From Calditrichia bacterium (GTDB taxonomy: Bacteria > Calditrichota > Calditrichia > JAJRVZ01): a DNA stretch of 64,000 bases. The position numbers and the translations under genes were made by a program. How positions within the stretch are numbered: the stretch's first letter is position 1; the number at the start of each line of letters is the position of its first letter. The notes beneath the pieces were generated by a model. The model saw only the letters and a list, made by a program, of their open reading frames with translations, was not told the origin of the DNA and did no database searches. This document shows positions 19,614 to 29,894 of the stretch, one piece after another. Location of the stretch: assembly GCA_963777955.1 (NCBI GenBank), contig CAVZSQ010000026.1, positions 26,457 to 90,456 of the forward strand, given 5' to 3'.

Positions 19614-20881
19614 TCAATTTTTCTTTGATAATTACCCGTACCTGTTTAATCCGGCGTCTGAATACTTTTTCAATCACAAATTCGTAACCATTAAAAAGAA
19701 CCGATTGTTTCTCCTGCGGAACCGATCCAAACTGGCCATATAAAAATCCGGCCAGCGTGGTTACACCCTCTTCAGCCGGTAAATCGAGTTTTAATATATC
19801 TTTGATCTCGCTCAGGTCCATGGAACCATCAATGATAATTTCAGTTTCGTTCAAACGCTGATACAACGGCAGTTCCAGATCATGTTCATCCTGGATTTCA
19901 CCGAAAATTTCTTCCATTATGTCTTCCAGCGTAACTAATCCGGAAGTACCTCCGTACTCATCGACCACAATCGCCATATGAATTTTCTGACTTTGAAATT
20001 CCCGTAATAATTCATCGATCTTCTTCTGTCCGGGCACGAAATAGGCCGGACGAGCCAGTTTTTCCAGGTTGATCCCGCTGCCGGCCTGCTGATCAAGATA
20101 GACCAGCAGATCTTTGACGAACAGTATACCCACGATATTATCCACTTTTTCTTTATATACCGGAATGCGGCTGTGCAGGTTCTTACGAATCAGATCTAAC
20201 AGCAGGTTGAATTCAATATCCAGAGGCACACAGACCATATCGATCCGTGGGACCATAATTTCCCGTACGGTGGTTTCGCCAAATTCGAAAATGGAGTGAA
20301 TCATCTCCTTCTCTTCTTTTTGCAGGGTCCCTTTTTCTTCGACAAAATCCAGCAGGGAACGTCAGCTCCTGATCGGATAAATGAAGTTTGTTCTTATGTA
20401 TTCTGAAAAGGGTGGTAAGCCATTGGGTCAGGGTATAGAAGATGCTGACCACGGGCAGAAACAGATAGTATACGAGAGTGAGCGGGAAGGCAAACCTGCG
20501 GGCCAGGTGTTTGGCATTTCTGACTGCGCCGATTTTAGGGACAATTTCAGAGAAGATCAGGATAACGAAAGTGACCACTATAACATTGATTAAAATACCA
20601 ATCTGCAGATCTATATTTAAATTCCGGCAGATATCCAGGGTCAGGATGGTGGCCAGAGATGCTGCTGCGATATTGACAATCGTATTACCGATTAAGATGG
20701 TAATCAGCAATTTTTTGGGGGAGGTCAGCAATTGGACGATATGCCGGCTCTGGAAATCGGTCTTGCTGCGCAGGCGTTCCAGATCTGTCGACGAAAGGGA
20801 AAAAAATGCCGTTTCACTGGCGGAAAAGAAAGCCGAGATGATCAATAACAGCAGGAATATGAATAAATATGCTACGTACAT
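19606..20881 (-). CDS. CorC/HlyC-family transporter-associated protein (DUF21-CBS-CorC_HlyC), apparent frameshift near 20355-20362
   Basis: The N-terminal DUF21 membrane part (ORF 20213-20881, ...LHLSDQELT) continues in another frame as SLLDFVEEKGTLQKEEKEMIHSIFEFGETTVREIMVPR, followed by the CBS pair and the CorC_HlyC domain (ORF 19606-20304). Confidence 0.85.
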
Positions 20882-20934
20882 AGAATTATATTTTGTTAAT
20901 CCAAAATTTGTAATTAGTAATTGCTGGCCAATCT

Positions 20935-21361
20935 TCAGGTATAAAATTTCCGGGCCAGTTTTAATAAGTGTTCTTCCTTTTTTTTCATAACTTTCCGGTC
21001 CTCAATTTGCAGATCTGAAAATCCGGCCAGATGCAGGCAGCCGTGTATGATCAGGCGGGAAATTTCATCCAGCAGGGTTACACCATAGGTACCGGCCTGA
21101 TCTCTGGTCTGTTCCAGGTTAATATATATTTCTCCTTCAATTTTTTTATCCTCGGCCAGATTGAAAGTCAACACGTCACCGGGAGAATCGTCCTGCAGAT
21201 AATCTTGATGCAGTTTTTGAAATTCTTTTGAGCTTATAAAAATGATATCGAGTGTTGAAATATTCAATTTTAATTGTGTGCAGACCCGGTTACTTAGTTT
21301 CTTGAAGTAGTGCCTGCGACTTTTTTAATTCGCCCTGCTCAGAGTGAATTTGGATTTTCAT
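20935..21361 (-). CDS. ybeY: rRNA maturation endoribonuclease YbeY, apparent frameshift near 21300-21325 (T6 run)
   Basis: Zinc motif HGCLHLAGF plus PGDVLTF. The N-terminus MKIQIHSEQGELKKS lies in the frame of ORF 21290-21475 and joins ...HYFKKLSNRVCTQLKLNISTLDIIF in the ybeY frame. Confidence 0.8.
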
Positions 21362-23649
21362 TATTTTGCGGTTTTGGCGTTGTTTCTTTTCTGCTTCTGA
21401 CCGTTTTTTCGGCAACGGTTTTGGGGTATTCCACCCGTTTATGATAGATCCCGGTGAGCACAGGAATGAAAGCATCGATAATCGCCTTCAGATCACGCAT
21501 GGTTAAATCGCTATCGTCCAATTCTCCTTCCAGGAATCTCTTTCTCGATAAGTTCTTCGGCCAGTTTCCGCAGCCGGTTAGGGGTGGGATTGGTCAAAGT
21601 CCGGGCAGCCGCTTCTACCGTATCGGCCAGCATGACAATGGCTGTTTCCTTGGAATGGGGCGAAGGACCGGGATAGCGATAATCATCCTCATGCAACTCG
21701 CTGCCTTCCTGGGTTTCCAGCGCTTTGTTATAAAAATAGGCCATTAAATTTTTACCATGATGTTCGGGGATGAAATTACGGATATCTTTGGGCAGTTTAT
21801 ATTTTTCAGCCAGTTCCAGGCCGGTTTTTACATGCGAGGCCAGGATCAACGCGCTCATATTAGGAGCCAGGGTTTTATGACGGTTTTCACCGGCCGGTTC
21901 ATTTTCGACGAAGTATTCCGGGCGGTCTATTTTACCGATATCATGATAATAACTGCCCACCCGGGCCAGCAATGGATTGGCATCCGTCGCTTTAGCAGCA
22001 GCTTCGGCCAGATTACCGATGATCACACTATGATGAAAAGTACCCGGTGCTTTCAATGATAATTCTTTCAGCAGGGGATGGTTTAAATCGGATAGTTCCA
22101 GCAAGGTAACATCTGTGGTAATATCAAACAGCCGTTCGAATGGTCCCAGTACCATATAAGTGATGATCGGTGAAAGAATTGCATTCGGCAGCATGAATAA
22201 AGCAAATTTTTTCAGGATTTCATCAAATTTTTCATAATTAAGAATACCCAGAGTTACCGCCATGAAACCATAAGCTATAATCAGATAAAAAATTGCTTTA
22301 AAAATCTGATTGCGGGTGCGGATCTCGGCCACCGAAAAGATAGCCACCAGGCCGACGAAGGAACTGAGCAGGATGAAGAAATAGTCAAATCCTACTATCC
22401 CGCCGAGCAGCAGGGCAATGATCACGGTACCCACGAAACCTATGGCCGGTTCGAATAGAATGCCCAGCAGCATCGAAGAAATTGTAGTCGGTAACACCAG
22501 CGCAGGCAGTCCCAGAGTATTAGGATTGACAATCAATGAGGCCAGCACTACCTGTAATAACAGCAGGATGGCCAGCAGCAATATTTTTTTATTATCATGG
22601 AGAATTTCCGGTCGATTAATGCGCAGATATAAAATAAAAATGAACAAGATTACGGTAATCAGCAGATAGCGGGAGAGTAAGGAAAGCAGGTCCTGGATAT
22701 TTCCGCTTTCGCTATACCTGGTTGCCGTAGCCTTTTCCAATGAATACAATTTCTGATATATGTTTTCGGTCACCCGTTCGTTGGCGTCAATAATCCTTTC
22801 GTTCTCATAAACGATATCTTTGGCAGTAGCGACGGCTGCCACCATGTCCCGCTGCCGTTGCTCGGTCAGAGTCTGGTTGAACAGCAGATTGGGGGTAAAG
22901 AATTGAGCCACAATTTTGCGCCACAGGCCGGCATTCTCCAATTTTAAAGGCAATACTTCAATAAATTGCTGCTTGACGGCAGAATCGATCAATAATTCCA
23001 GGGCTATATCTTCTTCGATGCCATCCTGCAAAACTGTAATCCTGGGTTGTGCAATGGCGTTCTTGGAGAGATCAATATAATTTTTTTGGTACAGACCGGA
23101 TAACGCTGCAGTCAGAATGGCCAGCAACTGTTTGTTATCACTTTTATAAACCTGATGGATCAGGGAATTTACTTCATCCGGTTCCAGATTAATACGCCAG
23201 ATGGCATACATTTTTTCTGATAAATTGAATAGTACCGAATCTGCTATGGGGCCAGCGGTACGCAGTGCCTGCTGATTGCGGGAATCCTTTTGCGGGTTAG
23301 CCAGCAGATCAAGTACTTCTCTGAGATTAGCAGTTTGTTTCTGCTGCACCTGCTGATTTTTATCGAATATTAATTGCACCTTGTCACGCGCTTGTTGACG
23401 TTCAATACGTATTTCTTCATCAGTTTTCAGCACAGAAAAGGTAAAAGGTGCAATAATTTTTTTATTTACGATGCTGCCGATACGGAGATCCGTATACTTG
23501 AATGAGCGGCCGGAGGGAAAAAATGCCGGAATCAGCAAAATAAGTATGAGCAAATATGCCAATTGCACAAGAAATTTGGACACAGTAAGAGAGCCGATTC
23601 TTGTCTTTAATATTTTATCAACAATATTTGAGTTTTTCGTTGCCATCAC
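21339..23649 (-). CDS. 7TM-receptor/HD-domain membrane phosphohydrolase (PgpH/YqfF family), apparent frameshift near 21520-21540
   Basis: Extracellular domain, then 7 TM helices, then an HD domain (HHSVIIGNLAE...GSYYHDIGK, PEHHG). ...ELIEKEI in the first frame continues as LEGELDDSDLTMRDLKAIIDAFIPVLTGIYHKRVEYP in ORF 21339-21521. Confidence 0.85.
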
Positions 23650-23727
23650 TGCGCTGATCCTGTCAGATTTTCATTTCACGAAAGTTAATCTAAGAAGATT
23701 GGATCGTAGTTACTATATATTTCAGTG

Positions 23728-24081
23728 TTATACCGGTTTACTATGATTCTGTTCATCGACCAGAACGACAACCGGCCGGTGCTGGGGAACTTGTTCTTCG
23801 GGCAGGATGATATAGGTCATAATGATGATTAAATCGCCGATACTACCGAGGCGTGCTGCTGCGCCGTTAAGACAGATTTCGCCGGAATTTGGACGCCCTT
23901 TAATCGCATATGTATCAAAGCGTTCACCATTGGATATATTAGCGATCTCCACCTTTTCATAAGGCAGAATATTTGCTTTCTCCATCAAGACCGGGTCGAT
24001 GGTCAAACTGCCTTCGTAGTTCAAACTGGAATCGGTGACCCGGGCCCGGTGTATTTTTGATTTTAATAAAATGCGTTGCAT
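23728..24081 (-). CDS. panD: aspartate 1-decarboxylase
   Basis: [29 protein letters not shown] is the PanD N-terminus and includes the G-S self-cleavage site. Confidence 0.93.
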   Translation of the reverse strand: MQRILLKSKIHRARVTDSSLNYEGSLTIDPVLMEKANILPYEKVEIANISNGERFDTYAIKGRPNSGEICLNGAAARLGSIGDLIIIMTYIILPEEQVPQHRPVVVLVDEQNHSKPV

Positions 24082-24174
24082 TAATTTTAGTCCTGTTTTT
24101 TCTTCATTTACAACACTGAGCTTATAATTTAAAAACTGAATGCTCGATTTTCAACATTAACTTGGGTTTTGTTT

Positions 24175-24233
24175 AACCCATCCCCTAACCCCCTTCCCTT
24201 ATGTATAAGGGAAGGGGGATGGGGGGATAGGTC
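24175..24233. repeat. G/C-rich long palindromic element, copy 1
   Basis: AACCCATCCCCTAACCCCCTTCCCTTA-TGTA-TAAGGGAAGGGGGATGGGGGGATAGGTC. The inner 13-bp stem is perfect and the outer arms pair imperfectly. Confidence 0.8.
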
Positions 24234-24252
24234 AGAAAAAAAGTGAATTAAT

Positions 24253-24291
24253 CCTAACCATGTATAAGGGAAGGGGATTGGGGGATGGGTC
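24253..24291. repeat. half copy (right arm only) of the same palindromic element
   Basis: TGTATAAGGGAAGGGGATTGGGGGATGGGTC repeats the right arm of copy 1, about 55 bp downstream. Confidence 0.7.
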
Positions 24292-24479
24292 ATAACTATT
24301 TAATTCTTGATATTTTAAAGGTAAATCAGTAAAATTTGCTGATTTTTAACGTGAAAACATAAAAAAACTCAGAAATTGAATCGAAATTCAATATTTCAGA
24401 ACTGAGCAAAGGCAATCCAAAGTACAGCCGGCTATTGCAGCGGGACGGCTTTTAAAAATTTAAAATAAAGCGCAGGATC

Positions 24480-24821
24480 TTGCGGATTAAGAAATCAAAA
24501 ACATTCGGCCGAAAAATATCGGCCATCCTGGATCAACTCAAACAAAAGAAACGGAAAAAGCAGTTGATCATCGGTTCGATTATCCTGCTGGTCCTCATCT
24601 TTTTTATTTCCGGCTCGAGGGGTAGTTACCAGATGTTCCGTTTTATGAACCAGAAACGACTGGTCGAGCAGGAGATAAATAGACTGGAAAAAGAAAAACA
24701 GGATCTGGAAAAACTGCGTAAGCGAGCTGAGCAAGATCCGGAATATATTGAAAAGATCGCCAGGGAAAAATATAAGTTAAAGAAAAAAGACGAAAAAGTA
24801 TATCAGGTCGTAGAGGAATAA
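24480..24821 (+). CDS. ftsB: septum formation initiator (FtsB/DivIC family)
   Basis: Small bitopic protein with one TM helix, a coiled coil (LVEQEINRLEKEKQDLEKL) and IEKIAREKYKL. The start is TTG. Confidence 0.7.
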   Translation: MRIKKSKTFGRKISAILDQLKQKKRKKQLIIGSIILLVLIFFISGSRGSYQMFRFMNQKRLVEQEINRLEKEKQDLEKLRKRAEQDPEYIEKIAREKYKLKKKDEKVYQVVEE

Positions 24822-24843
24822 CCATCCAGCCTGCAATTCTTTA

Positions 24844-26616
24844 ATGCGCACACCTATCATTTTATTGCTCGCCAGTCTGTGGGTTACAACGGCAGCCCAG
24901 AATCCGGTTTCCTGGCCCTCGGGCGATTCTTTGCAAATTACCTTCCTCAAGCAGGATATCACCTGGGACTGGCGGGGGATTCTGCATTACTCCATCGAAC
25001 CCCGTTCGGCCGGCAGCGGTTTTTATCTGATGGATAAATTCAATTCCAATTTATTGATGCCGAACCGGGAAACCCGCAAATGGCGGGATGAAAATTCCTT
25101 TGACGGTTTTTTCTTTTATAAATCACTGCATAGCTACCACGGGCTTTATGCCAGATCCTGGCAATTGTCGGACTGGCAAGCGCAAAATTATTCTCAGTAT
25201 GGAAATCATGCCGCCGGATTCAAAGCCATCTATAATTTACCTGCAGCAGTGTCCGTTATTCCTTACCTGGGCTATCAACGTTCCCAGAATAAATCCATAA
25301 TCGAATGGGGCTGGGACCTGGGCCTGGACGCCTTCTGGAAAACAATTCCACTCGGTTCTTACCAGGGTAATCTGCAGGCCGATGCCGATTATGATTTTTA
25401 TGACCGGCGGCAAAATTCCAGTAACAACATATCCATAGCTATCAAGGCTGATTTTTCACCGCAGGCCAGTGATTCAATTGCCCTGAGCTATCTGAATGAC
25501 CGCCAGCAATATTTTGCCGTGAGCGTGGTCAATCCGGTGAATGTTCATATTCAGAATAAAAGCCTGTTTAACCAGTTACATTATCTGCTCAGCCGGCGCT
25601 CAACCCTGGATTTGACTACTATTCTATGGTCACGGAATATTCTGGATGAATTACCCGGGGATGTCAATAAGCGGAATGTATTCCGCTTCGAGAACCGCCT
25701 GGTCTGGCGCCGTTATTACCGGCAGTTTCTGCTGGCCTTAGGTTTGAATACCTTTCAGGAAACACAGGATAATCTAGGAATCCGCACCGACAGCAAATCA
25801 TTGCAGAGCGGGTTGTTCGGTGATGCGGTATATTTACTGGATGCGGATAACAGCCTGCATCTGCAATTAAACCTGGTCAAATTTCAATTTGATACCCCCG
25901 ATTCAATTACCAATAATGACGACCGGGATGAAATGCGTTTTAGCGGGCTGCTGAATTATTCCCACCGCTTCAGCCCGCTATTACAGTTTGATCTGGAGGC
26001 TTATGCCAATTTATTTCATAAAATTTATATTTTTAAAGAACAGAGCGCCAATAATAACTGGAACCGCATCTATCGCCTGAGCGCCCGGATACAATACCGC
26101 TATCATGACTGGCATAACGTTCTCACGACAGCAGTTCTGGCAAATTATACAGTCTATGATTTCGAAAAGTTATTTACGATTCCCCGCAGTTTTATTTTCC
26201 GCAAGTATTCCCTGGCTGACTCCCTGCTGGCACCCCTGCTGGCCCGGCTGGATCTGGGGATTTATACTCAGATTGAGTTAGAGGACCGCGGAACTTTCTT
26301 CGAGCAGGAATTCAGTCAGCAACTGGTAGAATCATCGCAAAGCCAGTATTATGATTTTTTCCTGCGCTTTAAAAATATTGTATCGTTCAATATGGAAACA
26401 GGTCTGAATCTGTTCCTGTGGGACGGCTGGCGGCATATTCCGGCCAGTAAAAAGGAACGTGAGATACGGCGCAGCAGTCCCTATCTTCGCCTGAATTATC
26501 TGCTGGGCCGGAAACTCAGACTGTTCGGTTCAATTGCTTTAAATTTTCTGTCGGATGCAGGACGGGAACAAAGGAAATATACAACCGGAAGTTTGAATTT
26601 AATTTATAGTTTTTGA
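24844..26616 (+). CDS. hypothetical outer-membrane beta-barrel protein
   Basis: Signal peptide (LLLASLWVTTAAQ), alternating aromatic/polar beta-strand pattern and a C-terminal ...NLIYSF. I recognise no family. Confidence 0.5.
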   Translation: MRTPIILLLASLWVTTAAQNPVSWPSGDSLQITFLKQDITWDWRGILHYSIEPRSAGSGFYLMDKFNSNLLMPNRETRKWRDENSFDGFFFYKSLHSYHGLYARSWQLSDWQAQNYSQYGNHAAGFKAIYNLPAAVSVIPYLGYQRSQNKSIIEWGWDLGLDAFWKTIPLGSYQGNLQADADYDFYDRRQNSSNNISIAIKADFSPQASDSIALSYLNDRQQYFAVSVVNPVNVHIQNKSLFNQLHYLLSRRSTLDLTTILWSRNILDELPGDVNKRNVFRFENRLVWRRYYRQFLLALGLNTFQETQDNLGIRTDSKSLQSGLFGDAVYLLDADNSLHLQLNLVKFQFDTPDSITNNDDRDEMRFSGLLNYSHRFSPLLQFDLEAYANLFHKIYIFKEQSANNNWNRIYRLSARIQYRYHDWHNVLTTAVLANYTVYDFEKLFTIPRSFIFRKYSLADSLLAPLLARLDLGIYTQIELEDRGTFFEQEFSQQLVESSQSQYYDFFLRFKNIVSFNMETGLNLFLWDGWRHIPASKKEREIRRSSPYLRLNYLLGRKLRLFGSIALNFLSDAGREQRKYTTGSLNLIYSF

Positions 26617-26793
26617 TGCCGATATTTGTATTGACTGAAAAATCGAATTTTAATAAATTGTTTTGGGTATCTCCTGAGAATAAATATTAATATTTTCTGA
26701 ACTTAGCACCCGCATTGAGGAAATATCTGGCGATGCCGGCTTATTTTTTCTATTCAATCTATTTTAATATCACGTATATTATGCCGGCCGGAG

Positions 26794-26819
26794 ATGCCTG
26801 TCGGTATACCGACAGGCAT
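26794..26819. promoter_or_regulatory. perfect 26-bp palindrome, candidate operator upstream of the cNMP-binding gene pair
   Basis: ATGCCTGTCGGTA|TACCGACAGGCAT lies 47 bp upstream of the ATG at 26866. It has a TGTCG-N6-CGACA core, and no T-tract follows it. Confidence 0.45.
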
Positions 26820-26865
26820 ATATTCACCGATCAATTTGCTTTAAGCCGCAGACCAAGGAGGCAGG

Positions 26866-27945
26866 ATGATTCAGATCAGTAAAATTCTAAAACAGGTACC
26901 CATCTTCAGAACGCTGGGCAAAGAGAGTATTGATTTTATCGTCGAGCGCTTAAAGTTTAAAACGTTTGATCAGGGTGAGGCCGTCTGTAAAATCGGTGAT
27001 CCGGGTGATACCATGTACATCATCATTACCGGCAATGTCAATATATGTATTTACGGTGCGGATGGCAAAGAACAGGTGGTAGCAACCCTTGGACCGGGTG
27101 ATTATTTTGGAGAGATGGCCTTATTGACCGGGGAAACACGTTCCGCCACAGTTAAAACTTCCGAACCCTCAGAGATGTTTCTGCTGTATAAAAATGATTT
27201 TGATGTGATCCTGGAAAGATTTCCCTCGATATCTCTGAGCATGGGTAAAATAATGAGTAAACGTCTGCGCGAAACACTCAGTAAAGCATCACAAATGCCG
27301 CAAGCCAAGGACCTTACCGAAACCGGCCTGAGCGGATCGCTGACCGATAAAACTATCGTGGATTTGATTACTTTCTGCGAAAGCAATTCCCTGACCGGCT
27401 CAATGACTATCATCAAAGGAAGTGAGAAGGGAATTTTCGAATATAAAAACGGGGAAGTGGTAGCTGTCCAGCTGGGTTCATTGAGAGATGATGCGGCCCT
27501 GGATACGCTGCTGGGCTGGAAAGAAGGAAAGTTTGAAATCAAGGTAAAACCGTTAACACTGGAGGTCAAAGAGAAGGCCGACGGTGCTAAAGAGATTAAG
27601 GATATCATGATCATCAATAATAGTCTGGTGGTGAGAAAATTGATCGAACGTGCTTTTAAAGGCCTGGGTTACAATGTCAGTTCTGCTGAAAGTATCAGGA
27701 AAGCCCAGGAACTGATAAATCAGAAAAGCCCGGATATTGTGATTACAGATGTAAAACTGGCGGATGGACTGGGCCTGGATTTCTGCCGCACTGTCAAAGC
27801 CCGGAAGGACATTCCTTTTATTTTCCTGGCAGATGATTCATTGAAATCTGATTTTGATCAGGAGTTGAAAACCATCAGTAATGCGGCCCTGACTAAAACC
27901 CATGAAATAAGCGAGATTGTCAAACTGGTGGAGAACATGCTCTGA
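26866..27945 (+). CDS. cyclic-nucleotide-binding domain / DUF4388-like / atypical receiver-domain protein
   Basis: CAP_ED motif GDYFGEMALLTGETRSATV. The middle segment LSGSLTDKTIVDLITFCESNSLTGSMTI...AALDTLLGWKEGKFEI is DUF4388-like. The C-terminal REC-like fold has NN (IMIINNS) where the acidic DD pair normally sits, while ITDVKL is retained. Confidence 0.75.
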   Translation: MIQISKILKQVPIFRTLGKESIDFIVERLKFKTFDQGEAVCKIGDPGDTMYIIITGNVNICIYGADGKEQVVATLGPGDYFGEMALLTGETRSATVKTSEPSEMFLLYKNDFDVILERFPSISLSMGKIMSKRLRETLSKASQMPQAKDLTETGLSGSLTDKTIVDLITFCESNSLTGSMTIIKGSEKGIFEYKNGEVVAVQLGSLRDDAALDTLLGWKEGKFEIKVKPLTLEVKEKADGAKEIKDIMIINNSLVVRKLIERAFKGLGYNVSSAESIRKAQELINQKSPDIVITDVKLADGLGLDFCRTVKARKDIPFIFLADDSLKSDFDQELKTISNAALTKTHEISEIVKLVENML

Positions 27946-27946
27946 T

Positions 27947-29065
27947 ATGTTTGATAATCCTCTGAGTTATATTCAAACCATACCGCCATTCAAAGATCTG
28001 CCTGCCGAGTCGATCCGCTCTCTGGCGGTTAATCTTGAGCAGATACGTATCCCCGGTGGAAAAGTCATATTTGAAGCAGGGGCCCACGGGGATTGTTTTT
28101 ATATTATCCGCGAAGGAACAGTACAGGTGTATGTCAAGGAATCCGAGTCCAGGGAAAAAATTGTACTTTCCCTGCTTAATGCCGGCGATTATTTCGGAGA
28201 GATGGCTTTATTGACGGGTGAACCCCGTTCGGCCAGCATCGAGACGATGAGCGAAGTTACCCTGATCAGGATAGATAAACGTGGATTCGAACGATTAATC
28301 AAAGAGAATCCTTTGATTTTATTACCACTTACCCACATGTTGAGCCACCGTTTGAAAAATGCCAACGCCCAGCGGATCAATACAGAAAAACAACTGCTGT
28401 CAAAAATAAAACCGTCCGGCCGGTTGGCCGAAATATCCTTTGCCGAACTGCTGAAGTATTGTGAACAAAATTCACTTACCGGAAAAATGTCGGTAAAAAA
28501 TAAGGACAACTCGGCTGAGATTCTGTTCAGCAAAGGTATTGTGCAGCAGGTATTTTTAAACGATTTAAAAGATGCGGAAGCCCTGGATGTCCTGATGCAA
28601 TGGAACCAGGGATCATTCATTATCGAACCCAGCATGTTCTCATTCGAAGAAGAGAAAATTCATAAAAAGGATAAAAACCACATGAGTAAAAATGTACCCG
28701 GCTTACTGGAAGACCTGATTCAGCAATCATTTGAAAAATTGGTTGCCGTGGTCGGATCACAGATTTTAAAGGAAGTGGTTGGTTATGCCTTAAAGGAATT
28801 GATACCCTTTTTCCCAACCCTGGAGAAATGCACCTTCACGGTTGTACCGAAAGTTTCGGCCCAACTGGACCAGGTAGGAAAGTGGAGTGACAAGCAGACT
28901 CTGGCGATCGCGGTTCTGTTACAGACCATCTTTAAGAATTGCCGTTCCATGGTAGTCGGAATGAATTTTCTTAATATCGAAGAAATCGCCGGTGACGATA
29001 AACCCGCACTGGATAAAATATCTTTCTTCGAATACATGGCCCACGCCAATGAATTCGCGATCTGA
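27947..29065 (+). CDS. cyclic-nucleotide-binding domain / DUF4388-like protein with an uncharacterised C-terminal domain
   Basis: Paralog of the upstream gene (GDYFGEMALLTGEPRSASI; ISFAELLKYCEQNSLTGKMSV...AEALDVLMQWNQGSFII). I take the start at ATG 27947, 1 nt after the upstream stop; the track start is 27917. Confidence 0.72.
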   Translation: MFDNPLSYIQTIPPFKDLPAESIRSLAVNLEQIRIPGGKVIFEAGAHGDCFYIIREGTVQVYVKESESREKIVLSLLNAGDYFGEMALLTGEPRSASIETMSEVTLIRIDKRGFERLIKENPLILLPLTHMLSHRLKNANAQRINTEKQLLSKIKPSGRLAEISFAELLKYCEQNSLTGKMSVKNKDNSAEILFSKGIVQQVFLNDLKDAEALDVLMQWNQGSFIIEPSMFSFEEEKIHKKDKNHMSKNVPGLLEDLIQQSFEKLVAVVGSQILKEVVGYALKELIPFFPTLEKCTFTVVPKVSAQLDQVGKWSDKQTLAIAVLLQTIFKNCRSMVVGMNFLNIEEIAGDDKPALDKISFFEYMAHANEFAI

Positions 29066-29068
29066 TGC

Positions 29069-29878
29069 TCAGTCGCGCCTGGATTTAGTTTTCTTCTGCT
29101 TGTTTAACTTTTTGGTCAGATAAGCAAAGGCATCATCTACGCTGTCACTGAAATACAACAAGTCTAAATCCTCTGCATCAATCGTGCCCCAGCGGACCAA
29201 CGCCTGAAAATTAATAATTTCATTCCAGTAATCGGTGCCATAAATTACTACCGGTAGTTCCTCGTCAATTTTTTTGGTCTGCAGTAAAGTCATCACTTCC
29301 ATTAACTCATCCATAGTCCCGTAGCCGCCGGGGAAAATGACCAGAGCCTTGGCGAAATAAGCAAACCAGAATTTACGTATAAAAAAATAGTGAAATTCAA
29401 GTTGTAATTCTTCGCTGATATAGGGATTGGGAATCTGCTCGTGCGGCAAACTGATGTTCAGGCCGACGGATTTACCTCCGGCCAGGTAAGCCCCTTTATT
29501 TGCAGCCTCCATCATGCCCGGTCCGCCCCCTGAACAAATCACGTGCGACTGCTTGTGTGTTTTACGATTCATCGACCATTGCGTTAGTCTTTTGGCCAGG
29601 AGAACCGCATCTTCGTAATATTCGGCCAGGCGCAACTTGTTCCAGTTGGTATCCTCCATTTCCGGTAATGAAGCAGTTTTGACAATTTCCCGCTTGCTTG
29701 TTTCCAGATCTTTGGAACGGGCGGAACCAAAAAAAACTATGAAACTGTTTATGCCATGCCGGTGAAATCTTGAAAAAGGTTCAAGATATTCGGACAGAAT
29801 ACGGATTGTTCTGGCATCGGGACTGTTCAGGAAATCAAGATTATTGTAGGCTTTGACATTATTAGTGGGTTTTTTCAT
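29069..29878 (-). CDS. LOG-family (TIGR00730) nucleotide 5'-monophosphate nucleosidase-like protein
   Basis: PGGYGTMDELMEV (PGGxGTxxE) and GGGPGMMEA motifs. Confidence 0.85.
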   Translation of the reverse strand: MKKPTNNVKAYNNLDFLNSPDARTIRILSEYLEPFSRFHRHGINSFIVFFGSARSKDLETSKREIVKTASLPEMEDTNWNKLRLAEYYEDAVLLAKRLTQWSMNRKTHKQSHVICSGGGPGMMEAANKGAYLAGGKSVGLNISLPHEQIPNPYISEELQLEFHYFFIRKFWFAYFAKALVIFPGGYGTMDELMEVMTLLQTKKIDEELPVVIYGTDYWNEIINFQALVRWGTIDAEDLDLLYFSDSVDDAFAYLTKKLNKQKKTKSRRD

Positions 29879-29894
29879 ATGAGAATCCTTATTT

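Noticed and set aside
20478-20990. 170-aa plus-strand ORF
   Set aside because: It is antisense to the corC-like DUF21 region and the 3' end of ybeY. The genuine genes on the minus strand have clear family motifs.
27102-28635. Minus-strand ORFs 27102-27617 (171 aa) and 28189-28635 (148 aa)
   Set aside because: They are antisense shadows of the two cNMP-binding genes. Both end with the same ...SPVNKAISPK peptide because they mirror the conserved FGEMALLTGE motif.
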